Shown here: positions 20,626 to 30,723 of the stretch, piece after piece | Numbering within the stretch: position 1 is the first letter of the stretch | How the letters are laid out: each line of letters opens with the position of its first letter | Source of the DNA: an uncultured delta proteobacterium | GTDB lineage: Bacteria; Desulfobacterota; Deferrimicrobia; Deferrimicrobiales; Deferrimicrobiaceae | Direction: 5' to 3' | NCBI GenBank assembly: GCA_963811025.1 | Contig: CAWEPX010000033.1 | Coordinates: forward strand, 144,583 to 208,582 | Length of the DNA stretch: 64,000 nucleotides | The notes under the pieces: model-generated | Databases searched by the model: none | What the model was told of the DNA's origin: nothing | What the model saw: only the letters and a program-made list of their open reading frames with translations | Program-made: the position numbers and the translations under genes

Positions 20626-22089
20626 GTGACCAAACAGGCAACCGAACTCAGGTACGCTGTCCGGTTTCGTGTGATCATAAAGTATTTCGGACAGTTGTGC
20701 CTCGTGCTCGCCGTGCTGACGGTGGTTCCCCTGGTGGTGTCGCTGATCTTCGGCGAGAGCAACATCACCCTGCGATATGCCGTTGTGGTTTGCGGGCTCG
20801 CAGGCCTGGGGTTGGGGACGGCGCGCCTGCGGGCTCCTTCCGGTATGCAGCCCAATGAGGGCATGGTGGTGGTGGCCCTCATTTTCCTGCTCTCGCCGCT
20901 TGCCATGAGCTACCCGATGATGAGTTCGGGACTGGGTTTCCTGGATGCTCTCTTTGAAGCCATCTCCGGCGTGACGACCACGGGACTGAGCACGAAGGCG
21001 ACGCTCGTTGGCGCGCCGGCGACGTTTCTTTTTTCCCGCGCCTGGATGCAGTGGTACGGAGGACTGGGCATCGTCGTACTCTCCCTGGCGCTCGTGATGC
21101 AGCCGGGACTGGTGGCGAAAGGCCTGGCTGTCACGGAGACCGAAACCGACGATCTGGTCGGTGGCACGCGGGCACGCGCGCAGCGGATACTGAAAGTCTA
21201 CGGCGCGTTGACCGCCCTGGGCATCATCGGTTCCTTGCTGGTGGGAGTCGGGTTTTTCGATGCGGTGCTGTATACCTTTGCGGCGGTCTCGACCGGGGGG
21301 TTTGCCCCGCATGACGCAAGCCTCGGGGCCTTTGGTTGGCTCGCACAGGGGTGGATCACGCTGCTCTGCCTCGCCGGTGCGATCCCGCTGATGATCTACC
21401 ACCGGATGGTACAGGAGAAGCGGCGCGTTGCAGTGGATATCCTGCAACTCCAGGCCGTCGTCATCGCTTCCGTGATCGCTTCGCTCGCGGTAGGCGTCTC
21501 CATGCGGCTTTTTGCCGGCATGGCCTGGCCCCAAGTGCTCCATCACGCGCCCTTGCTCGCCTTTTCCGCGCAGACAACCGCGGGTTTTTCCTCGATGCCG
21601 TGTTCGCAGCTCGATGCGGGTTCGAAGCTGGTCCTGATCTTCTCGATGCTCGCGGGCGGCGGCCTGGGATCGACCGCGGGCGGATTCAAGCTCCTGCGGC
21701 TGTTGATGGCAGCGAGCGTGTTTCGGTTGATCCTCCTGCGGACCTGCCTGCCGAAGCACGCCGTCATCGAGCCCCGGCTGGCAGGCCGCCGACTGCAGGA
21801 CGAAGAGATCCGCGCGGCCCTGCTGCTCATCCTGCTGTTCGTCGTCGTCGTCGCGCTGTCCTGGTTGCCGTTCGTGGCGATGGGATACGGCCCGCTCGAC
21901 TCCCTGTTTGAAGTGGTTTCGGCGACGGGAACGGTGGGGCTTTCCGTGGGGCTGACGAGCGCAACGTTGCCCGCGCTGCTCAAGGGGATTTTGTGCGTTG
22001 ACATGCTGATGGGAAGACTGGAAATTATCGCGTGGTTGGTGATGCTGTATCCCGGGACCTGGTTCGGCAGGAGAATGGAGGGAACATGA
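20626..22089 (+). CDS. trkH: TrkH/KtrB-family K+ transporter membrane subunit
   Basis: Selectivity-filter-like repeats 'SGVTTTGLS' and 'STGGFA'. Many TM helices. Confidence 0.85.
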   Translation: MTKQATELRYAVRFRVIIKYFGQLCLVLAVLTVVPLVVSLIFGESNITLRYAVVVCGLAGLGLGTARLRAPSGMQPNEGMVVVALIFLLSPLAMSYPMMSSGLGFLDALFEAISGVTTTGLSTKATLVGAPATFLFSRAWMQWYGGLGIVVLSLALVMQPGLVAKGLAVTETETDDLVGGTRARAQRILKVYGALTALGIIGSLLVGVGFFDAVLYTFAAVSTGGFAPHDASLGAFGWLAQGWITLLCLAGAIPLMIYHRMVQEKRRVAVDILQLQAVVIASVIASLAVGVSMRLFAGMAWPQVLHHAPLLAFSAQTTAGFSSMPCSQLDAGSKLVLIFSMLAGGGLGSTAGGFKLLRLLMAASVFRLILLRTCLPKHAVIEPRLAGRRLQDEEIRAALLLILLFVVVVALSWLPFVAMGYGPLDSLFEVVSATGTVGLSVGLTSATLPALLKGILCVDMLMGRLEIIAWLVMLYPGTWFGRRMEGT

Positions 22090-22778
22090 GAACCGTTTTT
22101 GTCGGAGCCGGAAATGTGAGCATCGGAACGGCCAGGGCGCTCATCAAGAAAGGCCACGAAGTCGTCATCATCGAGACCGACAAGGCCAAGATCGATGAGT
22201 TGTCCGAAGAGATGGACTGCAGCTTCCTGCAGGGCGATGGCAGCCAGCCGAACATCCTGCGCGAAGTCAATCCCGCGCAGACCGACCTCCTCTATTGCCT
22301 TACCGACAGCGACCAGGTTAACGTCATCGCCAGTCTCGTCGGCCGTTCCCTCGGTTTCAAACGGATCGTGACGAGCATCCGCGATCCGCAGTTCGAGGGC
22401 ATCTGCCATGAGCTGGGGCTTACGGACACGATCATCCCCTCCCGCACGATCAGCCGTTACCTGGTGGACATCGTCGGCGGAACGGAAACCGTTGATCTTT
22501 CCACGGTCATCAAGGACGAGGCCCGGTTCTTCATCTTCACTGTCAAGGAAGAAAATGCGGTGCCGGTCAAAGAGCTGAAGTTGCCTGCCGAGGCCCGTGC
22601 CGTCTGCTATTACCGGGAGGGCCGGTTCGCGCTTGCCGACGAGGGGACGAAACTGCAAAAAGGCGATGAGGTCGTGGTTCTCACGCACAGCAAGAATATG
22701 CCCGCGTTGCAGGAGCGTTTGCAGCCGAAGCCGACGCAAGAGGAGCCGGCGGATTCGGCCTCCAGGAAGAACAAGTAA
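22086..22778 (+). CDS. trkA: TrkA/KtrA K+ uptake regulatory subunit (NAD-binding domain plus TrkA-C)
   Basis: 'MRTVFVGAGNVSIGTARALIKKGHEVVIIE' is a Rossmann fold. Its ATG overlaps the trkH stop (ATGA). Confidence 0.8.
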   Translation: MRTVFVGAGNVSIGTARALIKKGHEVVIIETDKAKIDELSEEMDCSFLQGDGSQPNILREVNPAQTDLLYCLTDSDQVNVIASLVGRSLGFKRIVTSIRDPQFEGICHELGLTDTIIPSRTISRYLVDIVGGTETVDLSTVIKDEARFFIFTVKEENAVPVKELKLPAEARAVCYYREGRFALADEGTKLQKGDEVVVLTHSKNMPALQERLQPKPTQEEPADSASRKNK

Positions 22779-22966
22779 GCGTGGAGCGGTTTACGCCGCG
22801 AGAGCAGGGGACCGGGAGGGTCTATCCGGAGAGGCGCCGGACGTGGTTGTCCTGCCGGGGTCGCATACCCCGCACGGGGGCAACTTGCGGCAGGACATCG
22901 TTTACGGACGGGGAGCACGGGGGCGACACAGCTACCGGATCGGGGATGCACCTTGGGAGGGCTCGG

Positions 22967-23686
22967 TCATTTATCACCGACCAGTCGCCGGGTTTTTTTC
23001 AGGTACCGCACAACCGAATAAAAAATCGTGGCTGCAACAAATGATAAGGACGAGAACCAGATTACGGGCCCGCTTAATTCGTGCCCGTAACGTATGTACT
23101 GATTTTTGACGATCAACAGGATCATGACGGTTATCCAGGCATATGTCGTCCCATACTCTTTTACAAGGAGACGCCTCCAGTTGAACGTCATGCTTTTCAG
23201 TGTCGTCCCGATCCCGGACAGACCAGGGATAAGGCTGTTGACCTTTCCGCAGTATTCCCTGTATTCCTCTCCGAACTTGCCGGAGAGGTAATTCTCCTCC
23301 GCCTTTATGATTGCCATATATGCCAGAACGAAGAAGGGGATTCCGATGAAATAGAACACGGCTGAATCTGCGACTACGCCGAGCCCTGAAACGATCAGGA
23401 TATTCCCCAGGTACAACGGGTTTCTGCAATGGGCGAATATCCCGTTCGTGACCAGGGTATCGGCATATACTTTTTTGTCCCTGCCCCCGCGAACGATGTA
23501 GGCAAGCCCTATGGTCAAAGCTCGTACGAGCTGTCCGCTCAGGGCGATAACGAACCCTGCGAGATAAATCCATGTTTCCGTTTGCCTGTTGCCCAGGAAT
23601 GGTTTTGTGCCCAATATCATAAGGAAAAAGAGAAGAGGGAAAACAAGATTTCTGTACTTGAAAAGAAAATTTCCGAGGCGGATCAT
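22967..23686 (-). CDS. Isoprenylcysteine carboxyl methyltransferase (ICMT)-family membrane methyltransferase
   Basis: Motif 'FAHCRNPLYLGNILIVSGLG' and 'AEENYLSGKFGEEYREY'. Multi-TM protein. GC content is somewhat lower than surroundings. Confidence 0.7.
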   Translation of the reverse strand: MIRLGNFLFKYRNLVFPLLFFLMILGTKPFLGNRQTETWIYLAGFVIALSGQLVRALTIGLAYIVRGGRDKKVYADTLVTNGIFAHCRNPLYLGNILIVSGLGVVADSAVFYFIGIPFFVLAYMAIIKAEENYLSGKFGEEYREYCGKVNSLIPGLSGIGTTLKSMTFNWRRLLVKEYGTTYAWITVMILLIVKNQYIRYGHELSGPVIWFSSLSFVAATIFYSVVRYLKKTRRLVGDK

Positions 23687-23848
23687 CTTGCTACTTTACG
23701 GCTACCATTTTTGGACATTGGCGGATCCGATCGGAAGTTTTTTTCGCTCGCGCAACGCCGCATCCGGCAGCTTTTCTCCATCAGTATACGCGCGGTGGGA
23801 TGGTGCGTGCAATCCGAAATCCACGCGCACGCCGAATGTCGGCCGGCC

Positions 23849-24550
23849 CTATCGATATTGAATCTTTTTGATCCCTTCGAACTGCTCGATTGCCCCGGTC
23901 AACTCTCTGCCGATGTTACCCTGCCGCTGCTTCAGCACCATCTTGAGGAAGATTTCATTTTTTTCCAGGTCCACCTGGGAACTGACCTCCGAAATCCTCA
24001 GCCCCCGCTCATCGACCAATTGCCGGAGATCGTCGTACAGGGAATCGCGCCGCCTGGCGGTAACGGCCAAAAAGAGGTAACGGTCTTTTTTTATGGTCAA
24101 ATCAAACTGTTTCAGAAAAAGCAGACCCACAAGGACGGTAATGGTCGAGAGGGCCCCAAGAGAGAAAAATCCCATGCCGAACGCCATTCCGAGCCCGGCA
24201 ACCACCCAGAGGGTTGCGGCTGTCGTCAGTCCCCTCACGGTGGCCCCCTCCTTGAGGATCACTCCCGCGCCAAGAAAACCGATACCGGTCACAATCTGCG
24301 CCGCCGTACGGGAAGGATCAAGGCGCAAGAGGGACTGCGCATTGTATGCACCGTATTTGAGGAAAAACGTCTCGGAGATGATCATCACCGTACAAGCGCC
24401 GACCGAAACGAGCAGGTTCGTGCGCAACCCCGCAGGACGCCCCCGTTTCTCCCGTTCCAAGCCGACGAGCCCACCCGCCAGGGCAGAAAGAAACAGCTTC
24501 AGCAGGATCGCCAGTTCATAACTTCCGAACAGCCTGGGGTCGAAAAACAT
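23849..24550 (-). CDS. mgtC: MgtC/SapB-family membrane protein
   Basis: 'LKLFLSALAGGLVGLEREKRGRPAGLRTNLLVSVGA...' is the MgtC signature, with a C-terminal ACT-like domain. Confidence 0.8.
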   Translation of the reverse strand: MFFDPRLFGSYELAILLKLFLSALAGGLVGLEREKRGRPAGLRTNLLVSVGACTVMIISETFFLKYGAYNAQSLLRLDPSRTAAQIVTGIGFLGAGVILKEGATVRGLTTAATLWVVAGLGMAFGMGFFSLGALSTITVLVGLLFLKQFDLTIKKDRYLFLAVTARRRDSLYDDLRQLVDERGLRISEVSSQVDLEKNEIFLKMVLKQRQGNIGRELTGAIEQFEGIKKIQYR

Positions 24551-24816
24551 GTCTCACCTCTCGGGCAGGAAGGAAATCCACGGAGTTCCCCGGCCAGGAA
24601 CGGTCACAGACATTTCCTGGTCTGTATTATCCCCGAATGTTGATCGCATGTCCCGAATTTCGAGGGGGCACGCCGAAAACCGGGAGTTTCGCAGGCAGGC
24701 GGCGTCCCGGGGTGGATGCGATGACGAAAAAGCGATATCCTGTCTTCTATCCTTGTCAACCGTATCCGCAAGGGAGAAAAAATCGACGCTCCGTCATCGG
24801 GATGTGGGGGAAGACG

Positions 24817-25143
24817 ATGGAAAGCCCGGGCACGATGATTTCCTGGATGGTCGAGTCGATCACCAACCTGTCTGCATACCTGCTCGATCCGAAATACGAG
24901 GGGCTGCTCTTTGTCCTGTTTGTCCTGGTGGTTTTGTACTCGATCATTTCATCCATCAACCGCCTGAAGAGAAAAATCGAATCCTTCTCCTCGGAGTTGT
25001 CGGCAATCCGGTCGATCCTCAAGAGAATCGAACGGTCCCTTGACAGACCCGAGGGGGACCGCTCCCCAGTCGCAAAGGAGGACAAAGCCATCCGGGACCT
25101 TCTTTTCCGATTGGACAATGACCCGCCGGGAAAGAATCGTTGA
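24817..25143 (+). CDS. Hypothetical small membrane protein
   Basis: RBS 'gggggaag' then ATG. One TM helix 'LLFVLFVLVVLYSIISSI'. No family recognised. Confidence 0.35.
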   Translation: MESPGTMISWMVESITNLSAYLLDPKYEGLLFVLFVLVVLYSIISSINRLKRKIESFSSELSAIRSILKRIERSLDRPEGDRSPVAKEDKAIRDLLFRLDNDPPGKNR

Positions 25144-25154
25144 TCGGGATCCGC

Positions 25155-25721
25155 TCATCCCCGGGAGCGCTCTGCCTCCGCGGGGACGTTCAACGTGAAG
25201 CCGTCTCTCCGGTGAAAGTCCGGTCGGGGGCCGGGATGGACGCACGCCCAGTGGCTTGTATTGCCCGTAATGGTCTTGATGACGGCGCAGACTGCGGCCT
25301 CGATCGCTTTCCCCGCCGGGAGGATCTTTCCGATGTCAAGCTCCAGGGAAAGACCGATTGTCCCGGGGTCCGCCAGGACACGGAAGGGGAGTGACCCAAA
25401 GGCCGGTTCCTCCCGCATCCCCTTCCGGTACGACGTGAAGCGATAGACATTCCAGTTTCCGGCCGGCGAGAGGTTGAATTCCCAATAGCGTACCGAACCC
25501 TTTTCCGCGAGAAACAACTCCAGGCAGGTTTCCTTCCAGAGCCGGTCCCGTCTTCCCGGCGAACCGGTCGGCGAGGGGATCGCGACCCCCGAAAGGTCCC
25601 CCAGGAGCGCGAAGCCGAGGGATAACGTGTTTCCGCGCCGCCCGATCGTCCCCGGGATCGTGAGATCAGGCCGTTTTTCCTCTCCGGGAAACGGCTTCAG
25701 GGTATAGCTCTGGGGATCCAT
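25155..25721 (-). CDS. Hypothetical protein
   Basis: Complete ORF with plausible composition ('YWEFNLSPAGNWNVYRF...'). No family recognised. Confidence 0.4.
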   Translation of the reverse strand: MDPQSYTLKPFPGEEKRPDLTIPGTIGRRGNTLSLGFALLGDLSGVAIPSPTGSPGRRDRLWKETCLELFLAEKGSVRYWEFNLSPAGNWNVYRFTSYRKGMREEPAFGSLPFRVLADPGTIGLSLELDIGKILPAGKAIEAAVCAVIKTITGNTSHWACVHPGPRPDFHRRDGFTLNVPAEAERSRG

Positions 25722-25762
25722 CCGTTGTCCCGGTGTCGCGGGAGAGGGAGGCAGCGCCCGTT

Positions 25763-26953
25763 TACGGGGCGTACCGAAGATGCCGGGCCCGCCGCTTTGC
25801 GAACGCCCGCTCCTCGCGCGCCCACGCCGTCGCCAGGTCGCGCCACACCTGCCCTCGCTCGATCGCCTCCCGCTCCCGGGCCGAGCCGCACAGGAGATCG
25901 ATGGCGGGAACGTGCTTCACGAACTCGTAGGCCTCGGTTCGCCATCGGAAACGCGCCGGGATCCTGGGCGCGGGCCGCAGCGATGCACGCGATGCCGGTG
26001 CGAAAGGGACGAAACGTCTCCCGGTCGACGACGACTTCGACGCCGTGGCAGCGCGCCCCGGCGTGCTTGTCCCAGGTCGGCACGAAGCTTACCGGCCGGA
26101 ACCGGGCTCCCGGCAGCCGTTCGCCCGCAAGCGATTGAGCCAACCGGTCGCGGTCCAGCCATGGCGCCCCGAACAGTTCGAACGGCCGCGTGGTGCCGCG
26201 CCCCTCGCTCAGGTTCGTGCCCTCGAGAAGGCACATCCCGGGATAGACGAGCGCCGTTTCCGGCGTCGGCATGTTGGGCGAGGGAAAGACCCACGGCAGC
26301 CCGGTGTCGCGCTGGTGCATTCCCCGGCGCCAGCCGCGACAGGGAATCACCGTGAGCGCAAGGTCCAGTCCGCGCTCCTCCCGGTACAGCCCCGCCAGCT
26401 CGCCGACGGTCAGGCCATGCCGGATTGCCACGTCGTGCACGCCGCAGAAGCTCTCGAAGCCGGGTTGGAGTGCCGGTCCCTCCACGGCGAGCCCGCCGAT
26501 AGGGTTCGGCCGGTCAAGGACGAAGAAGGCGATCCTCGCGCGGGCTGCGGCCTCCATGCAGAAGAGCATGGTGGACTGGTAGGTGTAGTAGCGTGCCCCG
26601 ACGTCCTGGATGTCGAAGACCAGAGCGTCGAGATCGCGCAATACCGCAGGATCGGGACGAAGCGATCCGGCATTCTTTCCGTAGAGCGAGTGGACCGGAA
26701 CCCTCGTCCGTCCGTCGTTTTCGCCCTCCACGGGGGCCATATACTGGGTGTCGCCGCGGACGCCGTGTTCCGGACCGAAAAGAGCCTTGAGCCGAACGCC
26801 CCGCGCATCATGCAGCAGGTCCGCGGCATGACGCAGCCGCCGGTCCACCGCAGTGGGGTTGCAGATCAGGCCGACCGCAAGCCCCCGCAGGGGGGCGAAG
26901 CGTTTCTCGACGAGCACGTCGAGGCCTGACGCGACCCTCCTACTCATTCCCAT
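25763..26953 (-). CDS. DUF1343-family protein (NamZ/YzbB-like exo-muramidase family), frameshifted near 25930
   Basis: DUF1343 core 'LFGPEHGVRGD...VFDIQDVGARYYTYQSTM...VLDRPNPIGG'. The conserved C-terminus 'EAYEFVKHVPAIDLLCGSARER...RYAP*' is in an adjacent frame, reached by removing one T in 'gcgttt'. Confidence 0.65.
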
Positions 26954-27093
26954 AATGAAAGGACGATACCATATCCCGCGCGGTTTGTTCTGCGGCGTCG
27001 GCAGGGTAGTAGGCAGGGTGTCGGGCGGCTCGACGCCGGCCTTCAAGGAGATAAGACCAGGGGAAATAAGCGGGCGAGCACTTGCATATCCGA

Positions 27094-27521
27094 ACGCCGG
27101 CTCGAGAACGACCTCTGTCCGGATGGAGTTCGAGACGAGGCAGTTTTTCTCCGCCTTGTGCAGGATCTCTTCGGCCTGTTTACGGTCCTCTCCGGGAAGT
27201 AGCGCGACCCGGGGACGGACGACGATCTTCGTGAACAGGAACCGGCCGTCCACGAACTCGAGTAGCCCCTCAGCCTCGCTCTCGTATCCTTCGAAGGCCA
27301 GGCCCGCCCGCTCCAGCGAATGCCAGGAAAGTCGTCATGATGCAGGAGTTCACGGAGGCGACGTAGAGGTCCTCGGGCGACCAGATCCCCTCGTGCCCCT
27401 TGAATTCGGGCGGGGTCGCCACTTCCACGGAGGGCTTCCCGGAGACGTCCATCATCCCCTTTTTCTCTCCCGTCCACCGGACGGATGTCGTGTACCGGAA
27501 GCTCTTGGGGCGAGTCGCCAT
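27094..27521 (-). CDS. OsmC/Ohr-family peroxiredoxin-like protein (frameshift near 27290; no in-frame stop before the DUF1343 gene)
   Basis: N-terminus 'FRYTTSVRWTGEKKGMMDVSGKPSVEVATPPEFKGHEGIWSPEDLYVASVNSCIMTTFLAFA' (27270-27521). The C-terminal half 'DGRFLFTKIVVRPRVALLPGEDRKQAEEILHKAEKNCLVSNSIRTEVVLE' lies in another frame and reads on into the DUF1343 ORF. Confidence 0.65.
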
Positions 27522-27539
27522 CTGTCGCTCCTTTCCCGG

Positions 27540-28734
27540 TCAGTATACGAGGCGCACCCGGATCGTGTTGGGGATCGCCTCGAGGTCCGAAAGGATTCCC
27601 GCGTTGCACGGGCCGTCCACGTCGATGACCGCGTAACCGACGCTACCCCGGGTCTGCAGGTGCTGTCCGGCGATGTTGACATGTCGTTGCGCGAACACGT
27701 CGTTGATGCGGGCGAGCATCCCGGGGATGTTTTCGTGGATGTGCGCGAACCGGTGAAGATAGGCCTTGCCCAGCGGCTGGTAGGCCGGGAAGTTGACGCT
27801 CGTGACGGTGGAGCCGGAGGCGAAATACGCCGCAATCCGCTCCGCGACGAAGGTGCCGATCCCCGCCTGGGCCTCTTCCGTAGAGCCCCCGACGTGCGGT
27901 GTCAGGATCACGTTTTGCAACCCCTGCAGGGAGGAAGAAAAGGGTATCTTGTTGCTTTCCGGTTCCAGCCGGGAAGACGTCGACGGCGGCCCCCCTGACT
28001 CTGCCTTTTCGGACCTGGCGCGCGAGCGCCTCCACGTCCGCCACGAATCCCCGGCTCAGGTTCAGGAAGATGACCCCCTTCTTCATCGCGGAGAATTCCT
28101 TCTGCCCGATGAGGTTCCGGTTGGACTCCCGCCCGTCGACATGGACCGTGACGATGTCGGAGCGGCGCAGGAGTTCCTTGAGGGGGACCTTCCGGGCGTT
28201 CCCCAGGGAGAGCTTTTCCTCGATGTCGTGGTACACGACTTCCATCCCGAGGGATTCGGCGAGGATGGACAGCTGGGAGCCGATATTCCCGTATCCGATG
28301 ATCCCCAGTCGTTTTCCCCGGATCTCGTGGAACCCTTCGGAGGACTTCTTCCATACGCCGCTGTGGAGCCTGCTGCTGTTTTCGAACACCCCCCGAAGAA
28401 GCATGATCATTTCGCCCAGGGCCATCTCGACGACGCTGCGCGTATTGCTGTAGGGGGCGTTGAAGACCGCGATCCCTTGCGCGCTGCAGGCGGAAATATC
28501 GATCTGCTCGGTGCCGATGCAGAAGGCGCCGATCGCCGACAGATTCGGTGCCCGCTGAAGGATCTCGGGTCCGACCCGGGTCTTCGACCGGATCCCGAGG
28601 ACGTCCACGTTCTCCATCATCCGGGCAAGAATCTTTTTCCCGGGGCTGTGGGGCAACATCTCCACCTTGAACCCCGCCGCCTTGAATACCCGGATTGCCC
28701 CGGGGTGGATGTTCTCCAGGAAGAGCGCCTTCAT
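27540..28734 (-). CDS. serA: D-3-phosphoglycerate dehydrogenase / 2-hydroxyacid dehydrogenase with C-terminal ACT domain (frameshift near 27920-27960)
   Basis: NAD-binding 'RLGIIGYGNIGSQLSILAESLGMEVVYHD' and catalytic 'RGFVADVEALARQVRKGRV' (ORF 27643-29109). '...NVILTPHVGGSTEEAQ' plus an ACT-like tail sits in ORF 27540-27920 in a different frame. Confidence 0.75.
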
Positions 28735-28945
28735 GCGGATCACTATACCATCCGTTGCGGCCGATGAAACCCCGCTCTTCGCTGCTTGCCATATGTACCC
28801 CGGCCCGCAATAATGAAAATGCCCTGTCAGGGATGCTCCCCGACTAAACCTCCGCGGCTTCGCGGCGCAATGGCAGTTTGTTTCGGGCCGGACCGTACCG
28901 GTGACGGGAAACGAACCGCTCTGGACCTTCGGACAGGAGGACATC

Positions 28946-30007
28946 GTGAAAGCGCAAATGCCTGCCATCGGCAAGGTATCTTCCGAAATATTCGATGAAA
29001 TCATCCTTCCCCACCTGGGACGGAAACGCCCGGAAATCCTGGTGGGGCCCCAGCATGGAGTGGATGTGGGGGTTGTCGACCTGGGGGACGGCAAGGTGAT
29101 GGTGACCACTACCGATCCGATTTTCGTGGTGCCTCCTTACGGATGGGAACGTTCCGGCTGGTTTGCGGTCCACATCCTGGCTTCCGACGCGGCCACGTCG
29201 GGAATCCGGCCGACCTATATCACCATGGATCTGAATCTTCCCCTGTCGATGACCCGGGAGGACTTCGAAGCGTTATGGGCGGTGATGCACCGGGAGTGCG
29301 ACAGAATCGGCATGGCCATCATCACCGGACACACCGGCCGCTATGAAGGGTGTGAATACCCCATGATCGGCGGGGCTACCGTGATCGGTATCGGCCCGAA
29401 AGACCGGTATGTGACCCCGAATATGGCAAAGGTGGGAGATTTCATTATCATCACCAAAGGGGCGGCCATCGAGGCCGCCGGATTGTTCGCCGTAACCTTT
29501 CCCCACCGGGTGGCGGAACGATACGGGGAAGATGCGGCACGGGAAGCCGAGGAGATTTTCTGGCAGATGTCCGTCGTGGAGGATGCGCTCACCGCGGTGG
29601 AAGCAGGCGTGCGGGAAGACGGAGTCACCACCATGCACGATGCGACCGAGTGCGGGGTATGGGGCGGTCTGTTCGAGGTCGCCCAGGCCTCGGGAGTCGG
29701 GATGACCATCGACAAGGAGAAGATCATCGTGCAGGACGCGGTCCGGAAGGTGTGCGACCTGTTCGGCATCGACCCGTTTTCCTCGATCAGCGAAGGAACC
29801 CTGATTCTCACCTGCCGGGCGCACAAGGCGCAGGAAGTGGTCCGGCGGCTGGGTGACAAGGGGATCCCTGCCACCATGGTGGGGGAAATCGTGGAGCGGC
29901 AGCGGGGGATGCGGTTTTTCGAAAAGGGAATTTCCCACGAGTTGGTCCATCCCCGGGTGGATCCGTTCTGGGGGGCTTTCGGAAAGGCCGCGTCGCAGGG
30001 GAGGTGA
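28946..30007 (+). CDS. AIR-synthase-related (PurM/HypE/ThiL-fold) protein
   Basis: RBS 'ggagga' then GTG. 'VGPQHGVDVGVVDLGDGKVMVTTTDPIF...' is a PurM-like N-domain. It lies directly upstream of, and co-oriented with, tenA-thiE-thiL-thiD. Confidence 0.65.
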   Translation: MKAQMPAIGKVSSEIFDEIILPHLGRKRPEILVGPQHGVDVGVVDLGDGKVMVTTTDPIFVVPPYGWERSGWFAVHILASDAATSGIRPTYITMDLNLPLSMTREDFEALWAVMHRECDRIGMAIITGHTGRYEGCEYPMIGGATVIGIGPKDRYVTPNMAKVGDFIIITKGAAIEAAGLFAVTFPHRVAERYGEDAAREAEEIFWQMSVVEDALTAVEAGVREDGVTTMHDATECGVWGGLFEVAQASGVGMTIDKEKIIVQDAVRKVCDLFGIDPFSSISEGTLILTCRAHKAQEVVRRLGDKGIPATMVGEIVERQRGMRFFEKGISHELVHPRVDPFWGAFGKAASQGR

Positions 30008-30723
30008 CATCGGTGTCGAAACGTTCCTTTTACCAGGAAATGCGGCATGCGTCCGATCCCCTCTGGCAGGCGATTCTGGCGCACCCGTTCGTGACGGGGA
30101 TCGGAGACGGCACCCTGTCCCGGGACCGGTTCGAGTTCTACCTGAAGCAGGATTACGTGTACCTGATCGATTTCAGCCGGGTCTTCGCCCTGGCGAGCGC
30201 AAAATCCTGGCATCTTCAGGATATGGGAACCTTTGCCACTTTGCTTTCCACCACCCTGAACGTGGAAATGAATCTCCATCGGAAAACGTGCGCCGCTTTC
30301 GGGATTCCGGCGCAGGACCTGGAACAGACCCGCAAGAGCATGATCACGTCCGCCTATACCGATTTCCTGGTCCGGACCTGTCACGAGGGGAACCTGTCGG
30401 ACATCCTGGCGGTGCTGACGCCCTGTGCCTGCGGGTACGTCGAGATCGGCCAGAAGATGAAATCCCGTGGCCTCCCGGACAATCCGTTCTTCCGGGACTG
30501 GGTCGAGACCTATTCCTCCCCGGAGTTTTGCGATCTTGCCGACTGGCTTGTCGGAAAAGCGAACGAGTACGGCGGGGACGCCCCTGCGCAGCGCAAGGAG
30601 TACTGGTACCGGCTCTACGAAACGAGCACCCGCTTCGAATACCTGTTTTTCGACATGAGCTGGAAGAAAGAGGAATGGCCGGCCGCAGCCACGTATTCTT
30701 CCGGGGGATTCCCCATTGATTGA
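30004..30723 (+). CDS. tenA: Aminopyrimidine aminohydrolase (thiaminase II, TenA/ThiC family)
   Basis: 'WQAILAHPFVTGIGDGTLSRDRFEFYLKQDYVYLIDFSRVFALA' is the TenA signature. Confidence 0.8.
   Translation: MTSVSKRSFYQEMRHASDPLWQAILAHPFVTGIGDGTLSRDRFEFYLKQDYVYLIDFSRVFALASAKSWHLQDMGTFATLLSTTLNVEMNLHRKTCAAFGIPAQDLEQTRKSMITSAYTDFLVRTCHEGNLSDILAVLTPCACGYVEIGQKMKSRGLPDNPFFRDWVETYSSPEFCDLADWLVGKANEYGGDAPAQRKEYWYRLYETSTRFEYLFFDMSWKKEEWPAAATYSSGGFPID

Noticed and set aside
20620-22739. Minus-strand ORFs of 379 and 398 aa
   Set aside because: They are antisense to trkH and trkA, with no family signatures and shadow-ORF composition.
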